From: Candidatus Tayloriibacteriota bacterium
Lineage (GTDB): Bacteria > Patescibacteriota > Minisyncoccia > Phycocordibacterales > PALSA-1337
Direction of reading: 5' to 3'
Length of the DNA: 64,000 bases
NCBI GenBank assembly: GCA_943350765.1
Contig: CALRAJ010000001.1
Coordinates: forward strand, 16,873 to 80,872
The notes beneath the pieces were generated by a model. That model was given only the letters and a program-made list of their open reading frames with translations, was not told the DNA's origin and did no database searches. Every line of letters begins with the position of its first letter. Position 1 is the stretch's first letter. The position numbers and the translations under genes were made by a program. Positions 30,753 to 41,262 of the stretch are shown one piece after another.

Positions 30753-30965
30753 ATGAAAAATATCTCATCAAGTGACTTATTTGCAAGGCCGTCATTTATA
30801 GAGGGGATTGCGCGTATCGTTGATTTGGGCGGAAATCTTCAGGAATATAATGTATCTGAGACCGAAGCTGAAGCAGATGAAAATGCAATAGGAAATGATT
30901 GGCGGATCGTCGGTCAGGATTTGAGTAATTCTTTTAAGAGATATGAACGCGGTTCCACAAAATAA
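30753..30965 (+). CDS. Small hypothetical protein (70 aa)
   Basis: TTGCTT-17-TATAAT promoter 6 nt before ATG; overlaps the next gene. Confidence 0.7.
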   Translation: MKNISSSDLFARPSFIEGIARIVDLGGNLQEYNVSETEAEADENAIGNDWRIVGQDLSNSFKRYERGSTK

Positions 30966-31347
30966 AAAAAATGCTGTTGTAATTCAACGAAGCTCATCTT
31001 CTTTTTCTGGACCACTGCCACACCCAGATATTTTGAGGAGTTTTGATGAAGTTGTCCCTGGATCGGCCGAAAGAATTATAAAGATGGCAGAGGAGCAGTC
31101 TAGTCATCGTAGAAATCTTGAAAATATGGTGATTGATTCAGATATTAAAAGATCTAAGTGGGGTCAGGTTTTGGGTTTTATACTTTCTCTTATTGGTTTG
31201 GTTGTGGCTGGTTTTGTCTCTGTATATGGTAATCCAATTGCAGGTAGCGTTATCGGTGTCGGTACACTAGGTTCTTTGGTCGGTATTTTTATGTACGGTT
31301 CAAAGACAAGGAGTCGTGAAAGAGATGATAGGAAGGAAAATAAATAA
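30943..31347 (+). CDS. DUF2335-like membrane protein
   Basis: FSGPLPHPDILRSFDEVVPGSAERIIKMAEEQSSHR followed by two TM helices. Confidence 0.85.
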   Translation: MNAVPQNKKNAVVIQRSSSSFSGPLPHPDILRSFDEVVPGSAERIIKMAEEQSSHRRNLENMVIDSDIKRSKWGQVLGFILSLIGLVVAGFVSVYGNPIAGSVIGVGTLGSLVGIFMYGSKTRSRERDDRKENK

Positions 31348-31409
31348 TCTAGTCTTTACATTTTGCTTGGCAGTAGTACAATTACCCATACATAATCATT
31401 AATATACAT

Positions 31410-31820
31410 ATGGCAGACACACAAATCGGTACATCTCTCGAGGGGAAAAAAGTAATGTGGGTAGAGGACGATAATTTCCTCAGTGGACTTATTGGTAAAA
31501 AGCTTGCACATGAGAAGGCGATTCTTTTTAGTGCAAACAATGGTGAAGATGCTGTAGTGATGATAGAAAAAGAGCATCCAGATGTGCTTTTGTTGGATAT
31601 TTTGCTTCCAGGTATCACTGGTCTACAGGTACTTCAAAAGATAAAAAGCAATCCTACTACAAAGGATATTCCTGTACTTTTACTTTCAAACCTTGGTCAG
31701 AAAGCAGATATTGATAAAGGAGCACAGCTCGGGGCGGAAAAGTTTCTCATCAAAGCTACGCTGTCTCTCGATGAGATAGTACGAGAAGTAAAAAGTGTGA
31801 TTGCAAAAAAGACAGTATAA
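31410..31820 (+). CDS. Single-domain response regulator
   Basis: VEDD, PDVLLLDILLP, LSN, FLIK receiver motifs. Confidence 0.92.
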   Translation: MADTQIGTSLEGKKVMWVEDDNFLSGLIGKKLAHEKAILFSANNGEDAVVMIEKEHPDVLLLDILLPGITGLQVLQKIKSNPTTKDIPVLLLSNLGQKADIDKGAQLGAEKFLIKATLSLDEIVREVKSVIAKKTV

Positions 31821-31835
31821 TTTGGGGTATAAACC

Positions 31836-31976
31836 TAAACGGCTAAACACTAGTGTTTAGCCGTTTAAAGCTAGTACTAGAGCCGTATTTTAGCTCAAAG
31901 GCTCAACGGTGTTTATCGTTGAGCCTTTGATGGAGGTATCCCCCGAAAATCATTAGATTTTCGGGGGATACCTCCA
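31836..31976. repeat. Palindrome cluster (B, degenerate C, D, E)
   Basis: B 31836-31867, D 31895-31930, E-type 46-nt hairpin 31931-31976. Confidence 0.88.
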
Positions 31977-32029
31977 GTAATTCACTATTTTTATTGTGTA
32001 TAAGCTAAAAACCTGATATAATCCGTTTT

Positions 32030-34690
32030 ATGTCAAAAGCACAGTACCATCACCCGGGTATAGATTCTATTGTTATAAAAGGAGCGAGAACTCATAATCT
32101 AAAAAATATAAGTGTCGAAATACCACGCAATAAAATGGTGGTTTTTACGGGTTTATCTGGCTCTGGAAAATCATCACTTGCTTTCGATACTATTTTTGCT
32201 GAGGGTCAGAGGCGTTATGTCGAATCATTGTCCTCATACGCTAGACAGTTTCTCCGTCAGATGCAAAAGCCAGATGTCGATGAAATCACAGGACTTTCGC
32301 CAGCTATTTCTATTGATCAAAAGTCACGGTCAAACAACCCTCGTTCGACTGTCGCCACAATTACTGAGATTTATGACTATCTCCGTATTCTCTATGCTCG
32401 CATAGGTAAGCCCCATTGTCTCGAATGTGGTTCAGAAATAAAAAAGTTGTCGAACGAGGAAATAAAAAACTTTGTACTTGAAAAAGTAGACAAGGCTTCA
32501 TCTCACCATGCCGATTTTATAGAAATATTTTCACCACTGGTGCGAGGACGAAAAGGCGAGTATTACCAGCTTCTATATGATCTACTGGGCAAGGGCTATA
32601 GTGAAGTCCTTATAGATGGTAGTAGAAAAAAGCTTCGTGAGCAGATAGTTTTGACTAAAAATAAACGCCACGATATAGCGGTACTTGTAGACCGTATTCG
32701 TATTGTCGATTTTAAAACTGATACAAGGTCATCACTCGAGCGACTCAGCGAGTCATTGGAAAAAGCTTTGCAGGAGTCAGATGGTCTTATTCGCATTATT
32801 CTTTCAGACACTACTAAACAAGTAAAAGACAAAATCGAGGCAAGTGATAGACCAGATCTAGCGGGAGCCATTTCCCCAGTCATGCTTGAAACCAAAGATC
32901 TGAGTATTAAAGAGGATTTTCTGATGTCTTCTAAATTTGCTTGTCCAAAAGATGGCTATTCGTATCCAGAAATAGAGCCGAGACTTTTTTCATTTAACTC
33001 ACCATACGGAGCCTGTCCAGAATGTAATGGTTTGGGTACAAAGCAGTTTTTCGGTGATGAGCCATGTGAAAAATGTAAAGGGGCTCGTCTGCGTGAGGAG
33101 GCGCTTCATGTTACAGTGGGTGGGAAAAATATCGTTGATTTTACCACACTTTCGATATCGGATTCAGAGGTATTTCTTGCCGATTTAAAACTCACAGCAA
33201 CTGAGAAAAACATTGCAAAAGTTATTTTAAAAGAAATAGAAAGTCGGCTCACCTTTATGATCAATGTCGGTATAGAGTATCTATCTCTCAATCGTCGAGC
33301 GCATACTCTTTCAGGTGGTGAGGCACAGCGTATCAGACTAGCTTCACAGCTCGGCTCAGGTCTCGTCGGTGCATTGTATGTATTAGATGAGCCGACTATT
33401 GGGTTACACTCTCGTGATAATGACCGACTGATAAAAACTCTTGTAGACCTTCGAGATGCAGGTAACAGTATTTTGATTGTTGAGCATGATGAGGATACTA
33501 TCTATGCATCTGATTTTATTGTGGATATTGGACCAGGGGCGGGAATACATGGTGGTAAAATAGTGGTGGCAGATTATCTAGAGCCACTCTTGACCGCAAA
33601 GAAAAATGATTCAGAATCGCTTACCCTCGACTATCTCCGTGGTGAGCGAAAAATAGAAATACCTAAAACTCGCCGTGATAAAGACAAAGGCAAGATAATG
33701 ATCCGTGGAGCGAATGTATTTAATTTGAAAAATGTCAATGTCGATATTCCACTCGGCAAGCTCGTGCTGGTGACTGGTGTATCTGGGTCAGGTAAATCAT
33801 CTCTCATCTATGAGGTGGTCTATAAGAATCTCCAAGCTCGACTAGAGAGGCGTCATCGTACAAATGATGTTTACTACTGCGCCTCATTTTCAGGGAGCGA
33901 ATATCTAGGTAGAGTGGTGCTTATTGACCAGTCGCCAATAGGTCGTACACCTCGCTCAAACCCTATGACCTATACTGGTGCTTGGAGTTTTGTGCGAGAG
34001 CTTTTTGCGGAGTCTGCTGAGGCTCGAGTGCGTGGCTGGAAGGCAAATCGTTTTTCATTTAATGTAAAAGGTGGCCGTTGTGAGGCGTGTCAGGGTAACG
34101 GTGAGATAGCGGTAGAGATGCACTTTTTGCCAACCGTCTATGTGCCGTGTGAAGTATGTGAAGGTAGGCGTTTTATGAAAGAGACACTCGAAATAAAATA
34201 TAAACACAAAAATATATATCAGGTATTGTGTATGACGGTGGAGGAAGGGCTGGTATTTTTTGAAGATATTCCTGCGGTGTATGATAGGCTCAAGAGTTTG
34301 AATGATGTAGGTTTGGGATATTTGGAATTGGGGCAATCCGCTACCACTCTTTCTGGTGGGGAAGCTCAGAGAGTCAAGGTTTCCTCCGAGCTGTATCGTC
34401 CACATATTCAAAAAACTATGTATATTTTAGATGAGCCATCTATTGGTCTGCACTATGAGGATGTGCGAAAGCTAATAGAAATCGTCCAAAAGCTCGTAGA
34501 CAAAGGTAATACGGTGGTGGTCATCGAGCATAATATGGATATTGTAAAGTCTGCGGATTATGTAATCGATATTGGACCCGAAGGTGGGGACAAGGGTGGA
34601 AAAATCGTGGCAAAAGGTACGCCCGAGGATGTGGCAGGGAATGAAAAGTCTTATACAGGACATTATTTGAAAAAGGTGCTAAAGAAATAA
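32030..34690 (+). CDS. uvrA: Excinuclease ABC subunit A
   Basis: [14 protein letters not shown], two LSGGEAQR signatures, zinc-finger Cys pairs. Confidence 0.98.
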   Translation: MSKAQYHHPGIDSIVIKGARTHNLKNISVEIPRNKMVVFTGLSGSGKSSLAFDTIFAEGQRRYVESLSSYARQFLRQMQKPDVDEITGLSPAISIDQKSRSNNPRSTVATITEIYDYLRILYARIGKPHCLECGSEIKKLSNEEIKNFVLEKVDKASSHHADFIEIFSPLVRGRKGEYYQLLYDLLGKGYSEVLIDGSRKKLREQIVLTKNKRHDIAVLVDRIRIVDFKTDTRSSLERLSESLEKALQESDGLIRIILSDTTKQVKDKIEASDRPDLAGAISPVMLETKDLSIKEDFLMSSKFACPKDGYSYPEIEPRLFSFNSPYGACPECNGLGTKQFFGDEPCEKCKGARLREEALHVTVGGKNIVDFTTLSISDSEVFLADLKLTATEKNIAKVILKEIESRLTFMINVGIEYLSLNRRAHTLSGGEAQRIRLASQLGSGLVGALYVLDEPTIGLHSRDNDRLIKTLVDLRDAGNSILIVEHDEDTIYASDFIVDIGPGAGIHGGKIVVADYLEPLLTAKKNDSESLTLDYLRGERKIEIPKTRRDKDKGKIMIRGANVFNLKNVNVDIPLGKLVLVTGVSGSGKSSLIYEVVYKNLQARLERRHRTNDVYYCASFSGSEYLGRVVLIDQSPIGRTPRSNPMTYTGAWSFVRELFAESAEARVRGWKANRFSFNVKGGRCEACQGNGEIAVEMHFLPTVYVPCEVCEGRRFMKETLEIKYKHKNIYQVLCMTVEEGLVFFEDIPAVYDRLKSLNDVGLGYLELGQSATTLSGGEAQRVKVSSELYRPHIQKTMYILDEPSIGLHYEDVRKLIEIVQKLVDKGNTVVVIEHNMDIVKSADYVIDIGPEGGDKGGKIVAKGTPEDVAGNEKSYTGHYLKKVLKK

Positions 34691-34724
34691 TTTGGGGTAA
34701 ATTAAGACCAATAGTATCCAAAAC

Positions 34725-34752
34725 AAAAAGGGAGTTGCCGGAACTCCCTTTT
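34725..34752. terminator. Bidirectional intrinsic terminator
   Basis: aaaaagggagtt-gccgg-aactccctttt between convergent genes. Confidence 0.8.
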
Positions 34753-34951
34753 AGATTTGCAGACCATCAGAGTCATGAGAAACTCTTTTCTCAGATCGAA
34801 CAAATCTGGATGCTGGTACAGTCTCCTCAATTGTTGTAAAGACCCATCGAACACGGAGGCTATCCGATCGAGTGAGTGGCTCTATGACCAAGGCGCGTAG
34901 CCCATCACTCGTGACCACATACTGTCCAGCAAATATCTGGTATGCTTGCAT
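34751..34951 (-). CDS. Small hypothetical protein (66 aa)
   Basis: RBS-like ggaaagga before ATG; ends at a terminator. Confidence 0.6.
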   Translation of the reverse strand: MQAYQIFAGQYVVTSDGLRALVIEPLTRSDSLRVRWVFTTIEETVPASRFVRSEKRVSHDSDGLQI

Positions 34952-35054
34952 ATTTCCTTTCCGAGCTAATTACGAATTGGCTCTAATTTGTGCTTTTATG
35001 TAGTCTACTCCTCGTTTGTATCGAATGCAAACTAAAGACTTCGCTCTAACATCC

Positions 35055-35630
35055 CTAAAAAGGCAGTGTAAATGTCATGGCACTCTCTTTTTTATCTTGC
35101 CATTTAGAAGTGTCGAGCTTGATTTGTTTTAGCTCACCATTGTCTTTGTATTTTAAATGGTTATTTGCGAGAGCGTATTCGTAGACTTCTTTTGTGATTT
35201 TTACATCTTCAAGGCAGTATTTTTTAATCTTCTCAATTTCACCTTGTTTGTACCATTCGACTGCTTCGAGACCATGTCCGATTTTCTTTTTACCTAGTGT
35301 GGCTTCTGCGACACTGTCGAGCTTTAGCCTTCGTCCTAGTACTGCCCGTATTTCGACGAGTAAGTCGAGACTTTTTATTTTACTGAGATCACCTGGATAA
35401 TATTTGTTCAGCAGTGGAATGTCAAAATGATCGCCGTTGTAGGTGATGAGCATGTCGGCACTTTCTATAATAGGCCAAACCTGTTTTAGTTCTTTGTCTG
35501 TGTAGGCAGTGTATGTATCGGTACTGGAGTCGTAGATGCCGATGACTGAGATGTCGAGTGCCGCTGGGTCATTACTACCCACTTCCTCAAAAAGGTTCTT
35601 GGTTTCAATATCAAAGATAATTTTACGCAT
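35055..35630 (-). CDS. RNase H-like / DEDD exonuclease-domain protein (YprB-like)
   Basis: IIFDIET, TYNGDHFDIP, YCLEDV. Confidence 0.85.
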   Translation of the reverse strand: MRKIIFDIETKNLFEEVGSNDPAALDISVIGIYDSSTDTYTAYTDKELKQVWPIIESADMLITYNGDHFDIPLLNKYYPGDLSKIKSLDLLVEIRAVLGRRLKLDSVAEATLGKKKIGHGLEAVEWYKQGEIEKIKKYCLEDVKITKEVYEYALANNHLKYKDNGELKQIKLDTSKWQDKKESAMTFTLPF

Positions 35631-35668
35631 GGGTGATATTGTACCAGATTTATATTTCATTACAAAAT

Positions 35669-35697
35669 AAAAAGCCCGACATTTAAAAATGTAGGGC
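35669..35697 (-). terminator. Intrinsic terminator, minus strand
   Basis: On minus: gccctacattt-t-taaatgtcgggc-ttttt. Confidence 0.65.
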
Positions 35698-36051
35698 AGG
35701 GGAATACGCCCTAAACCAGATCCGTGCGAGTGCCTGAGTACGGCTACACAGACCTACAGCCCAACAGAGGTGGTTGCAGAACAGCCACATACATGAGCAC
35801 ACAGATTTCTGAAAAAGAGCGACAAGGATTACATTACCCATCACAGCATAAATGCTAGGCTATTTGGAACATATGACAACCAAACTTCCTTAGCACCCAC
35901 GCTCCAAGTAATACTCAAACCCCTACCCTAGGGTATTTATAGCTTATCTTAATAGATCTGACAATACTTGACAAGTATGGTATACTTGTGCTATTATTAA
36001 TGATAAGTTTCCAACCTAAATAAAAGTCTGATTGTGCTTTTCTTTACAAAC

Positions 36052-36100
36052 CCAACGGCTCAACATGCCTGTTGAGCCGTTGGAATGGCTAATCTAAGGC
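36052..36100. repeat. D hairpin plus degenerate C unit
   Basis: ccaacggctcaacatgcctgttgagccgttgg then atggctaatctaaggc. Confidence 0.8.
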
Positions 36101-36107
36101 TTATTTA

Positions 36108-36533
36108 CTATTTTAAAGAATCACCCTTCGGCTTGATTATGTAAGGTAATCCAATGAAAAAGAGGCTCCATATCGTCAGAGCAGGAAGAATGACCAGCAT
36201 CAAATCTCCACCTGGCTCAAATAAGTATCTAACACACTCCCAAGTAAAAATAATGTATGTGCTTGTGACTGCATAGAACAAGAATTCTTCAATTGGTAGG
36301 TCGAATACAAATAACCCCAAAGTATCTTTGCGGTTAAATTGCCAAAGCCACAAGGAATCCCTTGATCCATGTTTTGTGGCCCAGATATCCCACACACTTC
36401 CAACAACAGTAATACCGATAGTAAAGATCATCAACTGTAGTAAATTTATCTGGTCAAGTATAAAATAACCCTCAACAAGCATGGGTATTAGAAATACAAA
36501 TACTAGGCTTCCTAAATAATAAAATCTTCTCAT
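36108..36533 (-). CDS. Lycopene cyclase domain-containing membrane protein
   Basis: WD....W.F....LG....LPIEEFLF pattern of the CarR-type cyclase domain; ATGA overlap with hisS. Confidence 0.72.
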   Translation of the reverse strand: MRRFYYLGSLVFVFLIPMLVEGYFILDQINLLQLMIFTIGITVVGSVWDIWATKHGSRDSLWLWQFNRKDTLGLFVFDLPIEEFLFYAVTSTYIIFTWECVRYLFEPGGDLMLVILPALTIWSLFFIGLPYIIKPKGDSLK

Positions 36534-37849
36534 TTTTGTTTAACTATTCCCACAATCTCTTTTTCTGTCGCAACTTTTTCCTCTCCCGTTGTCATGTTTT
36601 TGACTTTAAACTGACCAGATTTGACTTCGTCTGCACCGATGACTGTTACGAAAGGAATCTTATTTTTGTCGGCATACTTGATCTGATCACCTATTTTTTT
36701 ATCAGAATAATCGAGGGCAACAGAGACACCGGCTTCACGCAGATTTTGAGCTAGGTCTTGGGCAAAGGCTGTGGCAGTATCGTCCGCAAGAGCAATATAT
36801 AGACGAGTTTTTGAGGTCTCGGCTGGGAGTAGTCCGTAAGTTTCGAGTAAATCCTTCATCACCACATCTCCTGCACCAAAACCGATCGTAGGGACTTTTT
36901 CTTGACCAAAAATTGCGAGTAGGTCATCATAGCGTCCACCACCAAAGACTGATCGACGGTTGTCGGGATTAGTATCAAAGATTTCAAAAATCGTGCCGGT
37001 GTAGTAGTCAAAGCCTCGCATGAGGGTTTGGTCAAAGATGACATTGGTAATACCGAGTTTTTCGAGATTTTCTATCACGGCTTTTGTTTCTAGGATACCT
37101 TCGTAGGTCTGCATTGAGACGGGGAGTATGGAGATAAAATTTTCAAAGTTCTGGGAGTTGATAAGCTCCTTAAATAAATCATACTTTAGTCCGACTATCG
37201 CCTCAGTTTTAGATTCAAATTCGTTCGCTGGCATTTTTGCTTTTCGGTCAATAATTTTCGCAAGTGCATGTGCGTTATCCGCTGAAAGCTCGAGGACTTC
37301 ATTCATGATAAAATTAACAATTTTACGATTGTTTACTCGTACAGCAAATTGTTGATCCTTGAGACCAAACGCCCGCAGGATTTCCACTGCCAGAGAAATC
37401 ACCTCTACTTCTGCCTGAAGTGATTTTACACCAAACAAATCTACATTGAGTTGCCAATGTTCACGGAGGCGACCACGCTGAGGCTGTTCGTAGCGAAAAA
37501 GGTTTGGTATCGAATACCAACGGAGAGGGAATGAGAGCTCACGCTTTTTGCCCGCTACCATACGGGCGACGGTCGGTGTCATTTCTGGGCGGAGCGTGAC
37601 TTCACGCTCACCTCGGTCTATAAAGGTGTAAGTCTGCTCATTTACCAGCTCCTCACCAGACTTTGCACGATAGAGCTCGGCTGGCTCGAGAACCGAAGCA
37701 CTGTATTCCTGATACCCAAATTTCTCCACTACCTTTTTACATGTTGCAAAGATGTGATTTTGTATCGCCATATCAGAAGGGTAAAAGTCGCGGACACCTT
37801 TGTAACTTTCGGTGGAAATCTTTTTTATTTTTGATTTATTTTCTGACAT
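36530..37849 (-). CDS. hisS: Histidine--tRNA ligase
   Basis: KGVRDF, LRPEMT, FRYEQPQRGRLRE, RGFDYYTG, GGGRYD. Confidence 0.97.
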   Translation of the reverse strand: MSENKSKIKKISTESYKGVRDFYPSDMAIQNHIFATCKKVVEKFGYQEYSASVLEPAELYRAKSGEELVNEQTYTFIDRGEREVTLRPEMTPTVARMVAGKKRELSFPLRWYSIPNLFRYEQPQRGRLREHWQLNVDLFGVKSLQAEVEVISLAVEILRAFGLKDQQFAVRVNNRKIVNFIMNEVLELSADNAHALAKIIDRKAKMPANEFESKTEAIVGLKYDLFKELINSQNFENFISILPVSMQTYEGILETKAVIENLEKLGITNVIFDQTLMRGFDYYTGTIFEIFDTNPDNRRSVFGGGRYDDLLAIFGQEKVPTIGFGAGDVVMKDLLETYGLLPAETSKTRLYIALADDTATAFAQDLAQNLREAGVSVALDYSDKKIGDQIKYADKNKIPFVTVIGADEVKSGQFKVKNMTTGEEKVATEKEIVGIVKQK

Positions 37850-37923
37850 TGATATATTCTAGCAAATTAATTGATTTTTTGAAACAAATTGGCTTTGCCA
37901 ACATAAATGATATACTATACTTT

Positions 37924-38538
37924 ATGAATAAAATATATATTTCAGCTACGCTTACAGCACTAGTACTTGTGAGTGGGGGGTGGTATATTTTTAATAGTAA
38001 TACAAAAGACATGATACCGAAACCCGAAAGCCAAACAGCTAGTATTACTAACGAAAAAATTATGAACACCACATTCAAAACCAATAAAGGAGACATTGTA
38101 ATTGAGTTTAATAAAGAGGGTACTCCAAACACCGTTGCCAATTTTACCAAACTCGCTCAGGCTAACTTTTATAACGGAGTAAAATTTCACCGTGTGATCA
38201 AAAACTTTATGATCCAAGGTGGCGACCCATTGACCAAGGACGATTCCCAGATGGCTAGGTGGGGGACTGGTGGTCCAGGGTATACCTTTGCAGATGAGAT
38301 TGGTGTAAATAATAAAAATCTAGCTGGTACTATTTCAATGGCAAATGCTGGAGCAAATACAAACGGCAGTCAATTTTTCATAAATACAAAAGACAATAAT
38401 GGTTTAGATTCAAAACACACAGTATTTGGTCGTGTAGTAGTGGGTATGGATGTTGTAATGAAAATCGAGAACTCCAAAACAGATTCCTATGACAGACCTA
38501 TCGACCCTGTGATTATTGAGAGTGTTGTACTCAAGTAG
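37924..38538 (+). CDS. Cyclophilin-type peptidyl-prolyl isomerase
   Basis: FHRVIKNFMIQGGD, SMANAG, NGSQFFI, HTVFGRV; ATG 37924 follows TGnTATACT. Confidence 0.95.
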   Translation: MNKIYISATLTALVLVSGGWYIFNSNTKDMIPKPESQTASITNEKIMNTTFKTNKGDIVIEFNKEGTPNTVANFTKLAQANFYNGVKFHRVIKNFMIQGGDPLTKDDSQMARWGTGGPGYTFADEIGVNNKNLAGTISMANAGANTNGSQFFINTKDNNGLDSKHTVFGRVVVGMDVVMKIENSKTDSYDRPIDPVIIESVVLK

Positions 38539-38564
38539 AAGGCTTTCCTAGTTATATGATATAA

Positions 38565-40724
38565 ATGAAACTTACAGAAAACGAAAAAAGAGACGTTATA
38601 AAATACTTGGATGCTGGTAAACCTTTGCCAGACAAGTATCGATTTTTGCTATTCAAGGATGATAGAGAGGTTGAGCTTGTATGGAATGGAAAAACAAACG
38701 AGGTTACCAATGTGGTTTTACCTTTTCAAATTATTGAGCAGATAGATGAACCGAGAGAGGGCAAAGAGTTTGGAGATGGTGGAACGCTTTTTGATACATC
38801 GGGAAAACAAATAACGGGCTGGACCAATAAACTTATTTGGGGCGATAACAAACTCATTTTATCATCGCTCAAGAATGGTCCGCTTAGAAAAGAAATAGAA
38901 GCACAAGGAGGATTGAAACTGATTTATATAGACCCACCATTTGATGTCGGGGCTGATTTTTCTGTGCCAATTAAAATTGGCGAAGATGATGAGGAAAGTT
39001 TTACTAAAAAACCGTCAGTGATTGAAGAGGTTGCTTTTCGTGATACTTGGGGTAAAGGAGCTGATAGTTTTATCGCTATGATGTATGAGCGATTGAAATT
39101 GATGCACGATTTACTTGCGGAGGACGGAAGTATTTATGTTCATTGTGATTGGCGAGTAAACAGTTATATGCGTTTGATTTTAGATGAAGTATTTGGAAAA
39201 GATAATTTTCTTAATCAACTTATTTGGCATTATCAAGCAGGGACTGCACCCATAAAAGGATTCGCAAAAAAGCACGACTACATTATTTCGTTTGCAAAAA
39301 ATAGGGAATCAGTAATTTTTAATCAGGTTCGGCTTCTTGTAAAAGACGAGAGTATATATCCGTTGTTTGATGAAGACGGAAGAAAATATAGAATGTCTGG
39401 CAATAACAACGCAACAAGATATTATGCTGACGAGGGACGAAAAGCTGATGATGTTTGGACTTGGTTGGATAGAAAAGAAAATAACATTGTACAGGTATTC
39501 AACGCACTACCAGAGCATATAAATTATCCAACACAGAAACCAGAGAAGTTAATTAGGAGAATAATAGAGGCATCTTCAAACGAAGGTGATTTAGTCGCTG
39601 ATTTTTTCTGTGGCTCGGGTACAACTTTAGCCGTAGCAGAGAAGCTCGGCAGAAAATGGATTGGTTCAGACTTGGGAAAGTTTGGTGTTCATACCTCAAG
39701 AAAAAGAATGATTGGCGTGCAGAGAGAGTTAAAAAAAGAAAGCAAAGGGTTCAGAGCTTTTGAGATTATGAATGTTGGTAGATATGAACGAGAAAACTTT
39801 ATCTCTACAAATAATGATTTGCGAGCCGAAGAAAAAGCGAAACAAATAGAAAAGAAAGAAAAAAAGTTTGTCTCGCTTATTCTCTCCGCATACAAAGCAG
39901 AGCCAGTAGAGAATTTTGAGAACTTTGTTGGTAAGAAGAGAGACAGGCTTGTCGCTATCGGTCCCATCAATCTACCCGTGTCCTCAAAGTTTATCGACTT
40001 CATCCTCGAAGAATGTACTATCCATAAAATTACCAAGGTTGATGTGCTTGGATTTGATTACGAGATGGGGCTAGATTTTACAAAGTCTAAAGATTTGGGC
40101 ATTGATATAGAATTTAAGGTTATTCCAAGAGAGGTATTTGATAAGAGGGCGGTGGAACGAGGACAGGTAAAGTTCTACGATGTCGCTTTCATTGAGTGTA
40201 AGCCGATTGTGTCGGGGAAAGGTGCTACAAAAGAACTATCAATAGAGCTAACTGATTTTTCCGTTTTCTATAACCAAGACAACACTGGAGAGATTGAGCA
40301 GGATTTGCGAGCGGGAGGTACAAAGGTTGTCGTTGAAAACGGACAAGTTATAAAGATTTCCAAAGATAAGAAAACTGAAATCGTTACTCGTGAGGTTCTT
40401 ACTAAAAAGTGGAGTGATTGGATTGACTACTGGGCTGTGGACTATGACTTTGCTGATAGAAAAGAAATAATTCGAGTACCAAAGACACACGGCGATAATC
40501 TGTTTGAGAAAGGTAAGCAACAAGACCTCATAGAGTATGAGGAAGTTTGGACTGGAGACTATATCTTTGATAACGAGTGGCAGAGTTTTCGTACCAAAAA
40601 GAAACGCAATCTTGAGCTTGTTTCTGCTCCAAAAGAATTACCGAAAGGAAAATATAAAGTAGCAGTTAAGGTCGTGGATATTTTTGGGAACGATACGACA
40701 AAAGTAATTGAGGTGAAAATATAA
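38565..40724 (+). CDS. mod: Type III R-M modification methyltransferase (Mod)
   Basis: IYIDPPF (motif IV) before DFFCGSGTT (motif I), YPTQKPE; upstream of res. Confidence 0.9.
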   Translation: MKLTENEKRDVIKYLDAGKPLPDKYRFLLFKDDREVELVWNGKTNEVTNVVLPFQIIEQIDEPREGKEFGDGGTLFDTSGKQITGWTNKLIWGDNKLILSSLKNGPLRKEIEAQGGLKLIYIDPPFDVGADFSVPIKIGEDDEESFTKKPSVIEEVAFRDTWGKGADSFIAMMYERLKLMHDLLAEDGSIYVHCDWRVNSYMRLILDEVFGKDNFLNQLIWHYQAGTAPIKGFAKKHDYIISFAKNRESVIFNQVRLLVKDESIYPLFDEDGRKYRMSGNNNATRYYADEGRKADDVWTWLDRKENNIVQVFNALPEHINYPTQKPEKLIRRIIEASSNEGDLVADFFCGSGTTLAVAEKLGRKWIGSDLGKFGVHTSRKRMIGVQRELKKESKGFRAFEIMNVGRYERENFISTNNDLRAEEKAKQIEKKEKKFVSLILSAYKAEPVENFENFVGKKRDRLVAIGPINLPVSSKFIDFILEECTIHKITKVDVLGFDYEMGLDFTKSKDLGIDIEFKVIPREVFDKRAVERGQVKFYDVAFIECKPIVSGKGATKELSIELTDFSVFYNQDNTGEIEQDLRAGGTKVVVENGQVIKISKDKKTEIVTREVLTKKWSDWIDYWAVDYDFADRKEIIRVPKTHGDNLFEKGKQQDLIEYEEVWTGDYIFDNEWQSFRTKKKRNLELVSAPKELPKGKYKVAVKVVDIFGNDTTKVIEVKI

Positions 40725-40729
40725 ACAAT

Positions 40730-40954
40730 ATGGCAAGAATAAATTTTAATCAGATATTTAATAGAAACCCTCAAACTGGTGCAATAACACCGAGAGCCAT
40801 GGTTCGAGTTGGCGGGGTTACTTTTGGTACTGGAGTTACCTTTGGTGCAGGGGTTTCATTTAGCGGTATTGATTTATCACAATTTATAAATAACGACTTT
40901 GAAGTTGATGTTGAAGGAGAGTTGTTTGTTATAAAGGGAATTTATACTCAATAA
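40730..40954 (+). CDS. Small hypothetical protein (74 aa) with GV[TS]F[GS] repeats
   Basis: Starts 5 nt after the mod stop, ends 4 nt before the next ORF. Confidence 0.72.
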   Translation: MARINFNQIFNRNPQTGAITPRAMVRVGGVTFGTGVTFGAGVSFSGIDLSQFINNDFEVDVEGELFVIKGIYTQ

Positions 40955-40958
40955 TTAT

Positions 40959-41261
40959 ATGGCAAAACAAGAACCGCAAATAAAATTTAATGACCCGATT
41001 GAAACAATAAATAAAAAACTGGATAATTTTTTCTTGATTCTTTTTTCAGTCGGATTTGTATTTGTCATAACTCTTATTGTTATGGTTGTAACTTTACTTA
41101 TCGATTCTTTTCATTTTAATTCTGCTACCTATAAAGAGTATGCAGAAAAAACAGATGCGGTAGAAGCTACGCAAAAAATCAATCAACAACTCCTAGAGCA
41201 AAATGCTAAGAATCAGCAGATGATTATTGATTTAGCAACTCAGCTTTTACAGAAAAAATAA
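40959..41261 (+). CDS. Small protein with one TM helix and a coiled-coil-like tail (100 aa)
   Basis: Hydrophobic segment FFLILFSVGFVFVITLIVMVVTLLI; ends 1 nt before res. Confidence 0.72.
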   Translation: MAKQEPQIKFNDPIETINKKLDNFFLILFSVGFVFVITLIVMVVTLLIDSFHFNSATYKEYAEKTDAVEATQKINQQLLEQNAKNQQMIIDLATQLLQKK

Positions 41262-41262
41262 T

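Noticed and set aside
32806..32910. Apparent ~30-aa insertion in UvrA as another palindromic element
   Set aside because: Only weak pairing and no match to the repeat families; this part of UvrA is naturally variable.
38565..40724. Phase-variable mod gene
   Set aside because: No simple-sequence repeat tract seen and the frame is intact.
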